A DNA stretch of 64,000 nucleotides from Macrostomum lignano (Eukaryota), in contig NIVC01000679.1 of NCBI GenBank assembly GCA_002269645.1, positions 62,001-126,000 on the forward strand, read 5' to 3'. The notes below the pieces were generated by a model that did no database searches, was not told the origin of the DNA, and worked only from the letters and a program-made list of their open reading frames with translations. Both the position numbers and the translations under genes were made by a program. Shown piece by piece: positions 34,509-45,300 of this stretch (position 1 is the first letter of the stretch; each line of letters begins with the position of its first letter).

Positions 34509-34716
34509 ACTACTGATTTTTCTAGAAGCAAAACATGTTGATTGTTAATCGAATAAAACTGACTGTGGGATAGCTGTATGCCTAGACAACAAGTAAACGG
34601 ATGGTGCATGACAATGGAGCGTTTTGTTTTAAGCCATGGTAAAAAAAAAACTTCAACTTCAGTGAAATCCGTACGTTTGCGTAAGTTATGATGAAAAGCA
34701 TCATACATATATCAAA

Positions 34717-36608
34717 TCAGTCTTCGGCTATGTCTTCCAAGCGAGTCTTCACAGCCAGAAAGTTGTGATAGTAGGGCAGGTTCCTCTCAATGCTGAGCAT
34801 CACATAGTCCGGCAGATCAATAGACGGTTGTCGTTTCCTAGCCAGAGGCTTAACAAACGACGTTGTACCAAGGACGCCTTCGAACCAGCCGGCCCATTCG
34901 TCCTTTGCAGCGATCGAATCCCGAGCGGCGTCCCATTTCAGCATGCTGGGCTCGTAGGGCAGGCCGATACGGCTGCAGTAGGCCTTGAAATAGTCCTCTG
35001 CGGGCGGCGATTCAAGTCAACATTTAGTTGTATACTGTAACTATACTTTTGTCATGCGACCACCGATTAGAGTTAGGATGTTAGATTCTTTTAAAATTTG
35101 AAATTGGTTTTCGGTCATGGTATGTCGCTGTTCGTACGTGAATAAAACAATTCTGAGTTTTTTTGTAACTGCATGTTAACATGCTAAGCCTTCTAAATTC
35201 TACACAGAAGCTTCCACCTTCTACACCGAAGCTTCTACCTTACACAGAAGCCTCCACATTATATACAGAAGCCTCTACATTCTACACAGAAGCTTCCACA
35301 TTCTACACAGAAGCTTCCACATTCTACACAGAAGCTTGCACATTATATACAGAAGCCTCCACATTCTACACAGAAGCTTCCACATTCTACACAGAAGCTT
35401 CCACATTCTACACAGAAGCTTGCACATTATATACAGAAGCCTCCACATTCTACACAGAAGCCTCCACATTCTACACAGAAGCCTCCACATTCTACACAGA
35501 AGCCTCCACATTCTACACAGAAGCTTCCACATTCTACACAGAAGCTTCCACATTCTACACAGAAGCTTGCACATTCTACACAGAAGCTTCCATATTCTAC
35601 ACAGAAGCTTCCACATTATAGAATCCTGCAGAACATAGAAGCATAGATAGGGTTGCAGCCTAGTGGTTAGAGCGTCGGCCGACTCACGACTTGAAGGTCG
35701 AGGGTTCGATTCCCGATCCCACTTGAGCAAGACACTTAACTCTGCATTGCTTCAGTGTTCACCTAGCTGTAAAATGTGTGCCAGCATTAGCTGGGGTGAT
35801 TGAGGGTGTGTGTGGCGACCCCAGTCCTTGGTCTGAACAGCCGTAAGCAGCTTTGAAAAAAAAACTAAAAACACCAGAGGGATTTGGATCTAAAAAAGTA
35901 TCGTTGTATGCGCACAACTTTCTACTGAATTTATCATAGGTAAGTAGCATGCAAAGAAAGCATATCATAGACAGACCCGGCTGCTGAAGCAGATCATCAG
36001 CGTCGATCACTATTGGCGGCTCATCCTCAATAGTCTGAACGAGTTCGTAGAGAGACCAGAGCTCTTTGAAGCCGATTTCATGCTCGTCAAAGCTGTCCCA
36101 GCCTGTAAATTTTAGTTTTTTTATATAGATAAAGCATATCATAGTGGCTGATATTATAGTCTGAGTTGTTAAAAAATTATTTCAGCAAAAACTGCCAACC
36201 TGTGAGCTGCGTATTGATTGACATCTTGTACAGAGATTTCACAGTCTTATGAGGGTCTCGCACCAGGAAGGTGTGCCGATAACCGCTAGGCAGGAGCTCC
36301 TTCGGCTCGTACTTGTTCCCGTACAGGTAGTAGGCCATGTCCTTGACGAACACCTGCTTGTCGGGGCTGGCCGACCCGGCAGATTCCAGCGTGTTCTTCA
36401 CGCTGAGAAAGGTGCACTCTTCCTGCACCGGCTGATCGGCGTAGCGGGAGCTGACCCGCTCCGGTCCAAAGTAGTAGGCCTTGGAGTAGGGCTCCAGGTA
36501 CACCCTAGTGTTCGGGTGGTTCTCCATCGCGCGAAAGAACGCGGTGCTGATGCTGCGCGGCACCGCCCACAGCATGGTCGGTTTACCAACGTTCGACGTT
36601 GATGCCAT
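34717..36608 (-). CDS. Sulfotransferase-like P-loop protein (family of the BCAT-like-2 N-terminal domain), 3 exons
   Basis: Exons 36608-36200, 36102-35977 and 34997-34717 (272 codons, phases consistent). Motifs: MLWAVPRSISTAF, LEPY, FVKDMAYY, HTFLVRDP, PIVIDADDLLQQPEDYFKAYCSRIGLPYEPSMLKW. Confidence 0.85.
35205..35620. repeat. 21-bp minisatellite AGAAGCTTCCACATTCTACAC
   Basis: About 20 copies in intron 2 of the sulfotransferase-like gene. Confidence 0.95.
35650..35850 (+). mobile_element. tRNA-derived SINE with CORE-like central domain
   Basis: A box TAGTGGTTAGA (35661) and B box GGTTCGATTCC (35703). These are followed by TTGAGCAAGACACTTAAC...GCTTCAGT...CTGTAAAATG, resembling the MIR CORE consensus, and an A-rich tail. 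Confidence 0.75.
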
Positions 36609-38369
36609 TTTTTCGTGACGGATTTTTCGACTGAATTTCCTGCTGAACTGTCTGTGAGAGAAAGAGAGAGAGAGAGAAGGAAAGATGAGCTGGTGCCAAG
36701 AAGAAAGCTTTGTGGCCAAGTCGGGGAGGCAGCCGCGCTGACGCCCGAGGAATGGCCGACGCGAGGTCGTCCAACCGCTCATCTAGGCCCAGCGATTCGC
36801 TGCCGCCACCATAACCCGCTGCAGAGTCCGGAGGCCTCCCCCCTCCAGCCCCCCTCCGCCAAAAAACCGCATCTCAAATCACAAGCACTGTCAGCGTCTC
36901 ATGCGGAACACTCAACTGCTCTAGGCAAGCTTAAGAGAGTTTGCTGATCGTGGAAAAGTTGCAGTGCTTTCACAATCGCGTTGATCAAGTTTGGCCCGAA
37001 CAATTGTTACCACCGGTAAGTCCAGGAGCTCAATTTCCTTTTGCTTTATTTGCTCATTACCTTATTGTTCCATGCACACAAACTGACAACTTTCTATGAA
37101 ATCGAACAAGGCCTACTTGTGTTGGAACATAATACCCGATAAAAGCGTAAAAATTCAGTTTGATCAACTTGGAAAAATGTTGCAGAATGAGAACTTGAAA
37201 ATTAAGATTGAAGGTTGGAACTCAACTTAAATCCAGTGTTCTTTAGGAAGTCGGACAAGTCTCGTTTATTTCGGGCAGAGCTTATAAGCATGTTTGACAC
37301 TAGCAATCGATTCCAGATTTATGCTCACGCATGACTCGCGACCCTGGCAATCAATAAGCCTACTCTAGTTTTGTCGCAGGAGTTCGCGGTGTGAATTTCC
37401 CCGAATCCGAGCCAAATAAGATCTCCTGAGCTTGTATGGGGGATGTTTTATTTTGGGAAGCTCCACATCTGTCCTGTCGACCTTCCGAACATATTTTGGT
37501 CTTATTATTTTTCCCTCCCAAGCGAATCTGGTCCCAATAAACATGGTGCTGTGGCTTGTCAACCCGGGCCCAAAGCTCATCATTTCGTCTCCCCTTATAG
37601 GTTGTCAAGTGGGGATTGCTGGCGGTCAGGGGAAGTCTCAAGAGTGTCGTGCATCTCCTTGGTTCCTTCATATCTCTCACAGTCCCCCCCCCCTGTCCAA
37701 GCGTCTCTTGTCTTTCCAGTTTTGATCCCCGAGATTTACAGTTGATGTCGCCGAGACTTTTTGTACCTGGGACAACTCGAGAGGCCAGAGGGAGAGCAGA
37801 GATGAGGCAAAGAAGGCAGACAGCGAGCTCTGGGAGATTGCAGGGGGCCGCAACCTCTCATAAATATTTTATCGATCAACGAGCTTGCATGGCTTGATTT
37901 TTGTGTCCGCGCTTTCACAATTCTCCCCTTTTTTCTGGCTCTCTGCGATCTTTATATACGCTGCAGCCATCGGGTTTGGGAACCTTTTAGTCCATCATCG
38001 GCAAGAAGGTCAGCTGAAGGAGTTGCCTTGAGTCCGGGATGCAAATTAGCTGTACTGATACCTTACGGTTAGGGTTAAATGCTTGCAACTAGCAGTTCGC
38101 TCTAATAAGGACTTTTTGGCATGAGTTACCATTACTAGGTAACGCTCCAGTGTAACTTTCATAATCCCCTTGTCTTCAACTCCGTCTGATCCTAACATTC
38201 CATCACTCCCTATCATAATCGAGCCTCATTCGACCATTTTGGACCTTGTGGACATTTTGGATCAGAAGAGTGAGATTGTAGAGGACAAGACTGGGAGAGA
38301 TGAAAGAGGTGGAGGAATTGAGGTTTGAGAGAGGTAAGTTTGAGTACAGGTTGGGTGAGATTACAGATA

Positions 38370-39060
38370 AGGTGAGATTGGAGATTGGGTGAGATTAGAG
38401 ATTGGATGAGATTAGAGATTGGGTGAGATTAGAGATTGGGTGAGATTAGAGATGTCGGTGAGTTTACAGATAGGGTTAGATTACAGATAGGGTGAGATTA
38501 CAAATGTGGTGAGATTACAGATGGGGGAGATTACAAATGTGGTGAGATTACAGATGGGTGAGATTACAAATGTGGTGAGATTACAGATGGGGTGAAATTA
38601 CAGTATGGGTGAGATTTGAGATGAAATGAGTTTGGATGAGGTGAGATTACAGTATGATTGAGATTACAGATGGCGGTGAGTTTACAGATAGATTGAGATT
38701 ATAGTATGGTTGAGATTACAGTATGGTTGAGATTACAGATAGGGTGAGATTACAGTATGGGTGAGATTTGAGATGAAGTGAGTTTGGATGGGGTGAGATT
38801 ACAGTATGGTTGAGATTACAGATGGCGATGAGATTAGAGATAGGGTGAGATTACAGTTTGGGTGATATTAGAGATAGGGTGAGATTAGAGATAGGGTGAG
38901 ATTAGAGATAGGGTGAGATTAGAGATAGGGTGAGATTAGAGATTGGATGAGATTAGAGATTGGGTGAGATTAGAGATTTGGTAGGATCAGAGATTGGGTG
39001 GGATTAAAATTGGATGAGATTAGAGATTGGGTGGGATTAGAGATTGGGTGGGATTACAGA
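38370..39060. repeat. Diverged ~17-19-bp minisatellite (GAGATTAGAGATTGGGT / GAGATTACAGATGGGT variants)
   Basis: Read directly, upstream of the MCT start. Confidence 0.85.
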
Positions 39061-39373
39061 TAGTGTATTATTGCAGAATAAGGGAGATTTTGAGAGTAAT
39101 ATCTAGAAGAGTAAACAATACCAGGTAATACAATTTAAACTGTCGTAAATCGCTTAAGATAGAGAAAGCGGACTCTAACCATTCCCCAGTGCGGGTATCT
39201 TCATAAAGCCTTGACAACAAGAAGCCGACCGATACACGCAACTAAGAAGACCAAAGTAAGCCTACTTTCCATAGAAATTGGTGTGTCAGCCGGTCTACAA
39301 CTGGATTTGCATTGCAGATATCCCGACCAACTGAAACTGACTGACTGATCGGCTTTCATTCATCAGCAACAGG

Positions 39374-42300
39374 ATGCTCGTGTCTGCTTTTAGTAGAAGA
39401 TTTCGCAAGCTGCCAACCGGCACGCAGGGTTGGCTGATCTGCCTGGCGGTGCTGCTGCTGACTGTCGTTCGCAGCGGCATCACCTACAGCTTTGGGGTGT
39501 TCGTGGTGAAGCTGGAGGCTCAGGACAACCACACAGCAATGGCTGTGCAGAGTAAGGAGTCGATCACTCGTGAACTTAAATCAGTCACTCGTGAACTTAA
39601 ATCAGTCACTCGTGAACTTAAATCAGTCACTCGTGAACTTAAATCAGTCACTCGTGAACTTAAATCAGTCACTCGTGAACTTAAATCAGTCACTCGTGAA
39701 CTTAAATCAGTCACTCGTGAACTTAAATCAGTCACTCGTGAACTTAAATCAGTCACTCATGAACTTAAATCAGTCACTCGTGATATTCAGTCGGTCACTC
39801 GTGAACTTATGAACTCACTCATAAAATTGAGTCAATCACTCATTAAATTGAGTCAGTCACTCATTAAATTGAGTCAGTCACACATTAAATTGAGCCAGTC
39901 ACTCATTAAATTGAGTCATTCACTCATTAAATTGAGTCAGTCACTCATCAAATTGAGTCATTCACTTATTAAATTGAGTCAGTTACTCATTAAATTGAGT
40001 CAGTCACTTATTAAATTGAGTCAGTCACTTATTAAATTGAGTCAGTCACTTATTAAATTGAGTCAGTCACTTATTAAATTGAGTCAGTCACACATTAAAT
40101 TGAGTCATTCACTTATTAAATTGAGTCAGTCACTCATTAAATTGAGTCATTCACTTATTAAATTGAGTCAGTCACTCATTAAATTGAGTCAGTCACTCAT
40201 TAAATTGAGTCAGTCACTCATTAAATTGAGCCAGTCACTCATTAAATTGAGTCAGTCACTCATTAAATTGAGTCAGTCACTCATTAAATTGAGTCAGTCA
40301 CTCATTAAATTGAGTCAGTCACTCATTAAATTAAGTCAGTCACTCATTAAATTGAGTCAGTCACTCATTAAATTAAGTCAGTCACTCATTAAATTGAGTC
40401 AGTCACTCATTAAATTGAGTCAGTCACTCATTAAATTGAGCCAGTCACTCATTAAATTGAGTCAGTCACTCATTAAATTGAGCCAGTCACTCATTAAATT
40501 GAGCCAGTCACTCATTAAATTGAGTCAGTCACTCATTAAATTGAGTCAGTCACTCATTAAATTGAGTCAGTCACTCATTAAATTGAGTCAGTCACTCATT
40601 AAATTGAGTCAGTCACTCATTAAATTGAGTCAGTCACTCATTAAATTGAGCCAGTCACTCATTAAATTGAGTCAGTCACTCATTAAATTAAGTCAGTCAC
40701 TCATTAAATTGAGTCAGTCACTCATTAAATTGAGTCAGTCACTCATTAAATTGAGCCAGTCACTCATTAAATTGAGTCAGTCACTCATTAAATTGAGCCA
40801 GTCACTCATTAAATTGAGTCAGTCACTCATTAAATTGAGTCAGTCACTCATTAAATTGAGCCAGTCACTCATTAAATTGAGTCAGTCACTCATTAAATTG
40901 AGTCAGTCACTCATTAAATTGAGTCAGTCACTCATTAAATTGAGTCAGTCACTCATTAAATTAAGTCAGTCACTCATTAAATTGAGTCAGTCACTCATTA
41001 AATTAAGTCAGTCACTCATTAAATTGAGTCAGTCACTTATTAAATTGAGTCAGTCACTCATTAAATTGAGCCAGTCACTCATTAAATTGAGTCAGTCACA
41101 CATTAAATTGAGCCAGTCACTCATTAAATTGAGTCAGTCACTCATTAAATTGAGTCAGTCACTCGTGAACTCACTCATGAAAAAATCCTGAACCTACAAA
41201 CTCATCAACTCAACACATAAGCTCACTAATGAAGTCACAAGATCCATTATAAATTTAAAAAAGCCGCGATCTCACTCTTATTTCATTCGCCTGCAAGCAA
41301 CACATTGTTCTGTTTGTCCAGCTCAGTCAACTCCCTCCTTAGCCTAAACGAACTCTGACACTGACAGTGACAAATTGGAGTTCGGAGTTTCCCGGACAAA
41401 ATGGGATACCAAAAAAGTGGAAGAATAATGCCAGAGCATATAGACATGCAGCTCGATAGTTTCCAGCTGTAGCAGATCTGTCCCCCTACCTGCAGCCGAT
41501 GCAGGTGAATGCAATGCAGGCTTCGAGCCTCTGCTCGCTTGTCTAAAAGCACTCAGCACTGGCTTTACGTGGGAGGGGGGCAAATGATTGAAAAGGAAAA
41601 CGCTAAGAGGCCACTAGTGAGTAGAGAGATGCTGGGGATGCAGACCAAGCTCCATCCAACTGATGCAGTTTCACTGGGTGATAGAGCTTGGAGCTTCAGT
41701 GATACTATTTAATAAAATGTGTTGCCAAATATATCTTAACAGGCAGTACATAAGGACGACTAAAGTAGCATGTTTTACTTCACGAGTAAGAGTCAGACTC
41801 AAGTAAGAGTCAGACTCAAGTAAGAGTCAGACTCAAGTAAGAGTCAGACTCAAGTAAGAGTCAGACTCAAGTAAGAGTCAGACTCAAGTAAGAGTCAGAC
41901 TCAAGTAAGAGTCAGACTCAAGTAAGAGTCAGACTCAAATAAGAGTCAGACTCAAATAAGAGTCAGACTCAAGTAAGAGTCAGACTCAAATAAGAGTCAG
42001 ACTCAAATAAGAGTCAGACTCAAATAAGAGTCAGACTCAAGTAAGAGTCAGACTCAAGTAAGAGTCAGACTCAAGTAAAAGTCAGACTCAAGTAAAAGTC
42101 AGACTCAAGTAAGAGTCAGACTCAAGTAAAATCAGACTGAAGTAAGAGTCAGACTGAAGTAAGAGTCAGACTCAAGTAAGAGTCAGGCATAATTGCAAGA
42201 GTCAGACTCAAGTAAGAGTCAGACTCAAGTAAGAGTCAGACTCAAGTAAGAGTCAGACTCAAGTAAGAGTCAGACTCAAGTAAGAGTCAGGCATAACTGT

Positions 42301-45300
42301 AAGAGTCAGACTCAAGTAAGAGTCAGGCATAACTGTAAGAGTCAGACTCAAGTAAGAGTCAGGCATATCTGTAAGAGTCAGACTCAAGTAAGAGTCAGAC
42401 TCAAGTAAGAGTCAGACTCAAGTAAGAGTCAGACTCAAGTAAGAGTCAGGCATAATTGCAAGAGTCAGACTCAAGTAAGAGTCAGGCATAACTGTAAGAG
42501 TCAGACTCAAGTAATAGTCAGGCATAATTGAAAGAGTCAGACTCATGTAAGAATCAGACTCAAGTAAGAGTCAGACTCAAGTAAGAGTCAGATACAATCA
42601 AGACTCAGAAACAAACGCATTGCCCTGCAGACTGGATCGGCACCCTGTCCTTCACAATCGGCATGGGGATTTCTCCCATATCCGTTCTGCTCATCCGAAC
42701 CATGGGCCAGAATGGATACCAAATCGCTGCGGTCACAGGTGTGCTGGTCCTGACAACTTCTTGTTTCCTGTCGGCTACCGTTGCTAAAACCAACGAGATG
42801 TGGATGTTCCTGACTCACTCCATCCTGTACGGCATCGGATCGTCATTGACCTACATGAGCTCGAGTTTGGTGATCGGGGAGTACTTTGACAAGCAGCACA
42901 AACATCACGTGTTGGCTACTAGCAGTTTGCTGTGCGGCTATCCTGTGGGTGAGTAGAACTGAATCTAGTGCTGTGTTATTCTTTTTGTAAAGGCTGCTGT
43001 AAGAGTTGAGGTAAAGGGCTGGCGTGTTACTATAGAGTATTGCTTTTTGCAGCTCATTTGAGCTTAAAAAGCATTGACTTGAATCCAATATAAGTTTGCC
43101 GAAGTAGTGCAGCTTTTGTCTATGGTAGCAAGGCTGGTACAGCAGGATTTAATTTGGTCCGTAGCGACTATGAAACCTATAATTATGAGTTACAGCTGTG
43201 TAATGCTACCATAGACAATTGCTACCATAGACAATTGCTACCATAGACAATTGCTACCATAGACAATTGCTACCATAGACAATTGCTACCATAGACAATT
43301 GCTACCATAGACAATTGCTACCATAGACAATTGCTACCATAGACAATTGCTACCATAGACAATTGCTACCATAGACAATTGCTACCATAGACAATTGCTA
43401 CCATAGACAATTGCTACCATAGACAATTGCTACCATAGACAATTGCTACCATAGACAATTGCTACCATAGACAATTGCTACCATAGACAATTGCTACCAT
43501 AGACAATTGCTACCATAGACAATTGCTACCATAGACAATTGCTACCATAGACAATTGCTACCATAGACAATTGCTACCATAGACAATTGCTACCATAGAC
43601 AATTGCTACCATAGACAATTGCTACCATAGACAATTGCTACCATAGACAATTGCTACCATAGACAATTGCTACCATAGAAAATTGCTACCATAGACAATT
43701 GCTACCATAGACAATTGCTACCATAGACAATTGCTACCATAGACAATTGCTACCATAGACAATTGCTACCATAGACAATTGCTACCATAGACAATTGCTA
43801 CCATAGACAATTGCTACCATAGACAATTGCTACCATAGACAATTGCTACCATAGAAAATTGCTACCATAGACAATTGCTACCATAGACAATTGCTACCAT
43901 AGACAATTGCTACCATAGACAATTGCTACCATAGACAATTGCTACCATAGACAATTGCTACCATAGACAATTGCTACCATAGACAATTGCTACCATAGAC
44001 AATTGCTACCATAGACAATTGCTACCATAGACAATTGCTACCATAGACAATTGCTACCATAGACAATTGCTACCATAGACAATTGCTACCATAGACAATT
44101 GCTACCATAGACAATTGCTACCATAGACAATTGCTACCATAGACAATTGCTACCATAGACAATTGCTACCATAGACAATTGCTACCATAGACAATTGCTA
44201 CCATAGACAATTGCTACCATAGACAATTGCTACCATAGACAATTGCTACCATAGACAATTGCTACCATAGACAATTGCACAATGCAAACATTTCTTTGAT
44301 TCAATTCAATGCGTGTAAGCCCAAATGGACTGCAAAAGGCCATATTATAATTTATAATTTAGTAGTTCTATGAAAATCCATGAGTCCATTGGAGCTGCGA
44401 TGAGGCCAGAGCCTGTAATAAGACAAACACAAGGAGCTAAGCTGTTATTTCAGTGGGGAAGCCGGAAAGAAAGTTTACCGAAAAACGGGTTTTTATTCAG
44501 CGGAGGTTAACACGAAACTTGCCATCGTAGCAAACAAACAAAAAGGCCGACGAACACAACCGGTGGGATTATTCCCATATTTGTCTGCAATTTCTGTCAC
44601 ACTGATGTCGCCTGCGATCAATTCCGATTCCCTCCCTGGCCAACTACAAGCACAGCTACGGGTTACTTCCTGACAAACTGCGCTGGGACGCAAAGGGAGA
44701 AGGCGTGCATGCAGTGTTGACTCAACTGAGTTGGCGTGGGAGTCGGCTTGCAGTCTGATGTTCAGCTCATTACTGCTGTTTCTGTACCAAATTCTCAGTT
44801 ATTATTCTCAGTTAGTAAAACTATGAATCATTGCAAACATTGATTCGGTTCGTTGATTTAGACTGAGAATAATGCGACACGGGAACTCAATTTCATTCCG
44901 CTCGAGCGTTTAGACAGTAAGATCGAAGTCCCGCTGTTTCAGTCAGTTGGATTGTGTATGCATAAATTCATGAACCTGTTGCTAGGGGAATAAGCTACTT
45001 AGTATGTTATGCAGATGCCTTAGAGAACAAGAGCTGCCACTGGTGCCTTGTCTTGCATGCTGGGTATTGCGATGGCCATGTGAATAAGTATAACTGCAAT
45101 AAATACTGGTGCTGGCATCCCTGGTGTCAAAGCCCTGGTGATAAAGCCCCTGGTGCTAAAGCTCCTGGTGATAAAGCCCCTGGTGATAAAGCCCCTGGTG
45201 ATAAAGCCCCTGGTGCTAAAGCCCCTGGTGATAAAGCCCCTTGGTGCTAAAGGCCCTGGTGCTAAAGCCCCTGGTGCTAAAGCCCCTGGTGCTAAAGCCC

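Noticed and set aside
35650-35725. tRNA gene
   Set aside because: A and B boxes are present, but there is no closed acceptor stem and the sequence continues into a SINE body.
37360-37918. Retrotransposon pol fragment
   Set aside because: Several frames were translated by eye and no RT, RNase H or integrase motif was found.
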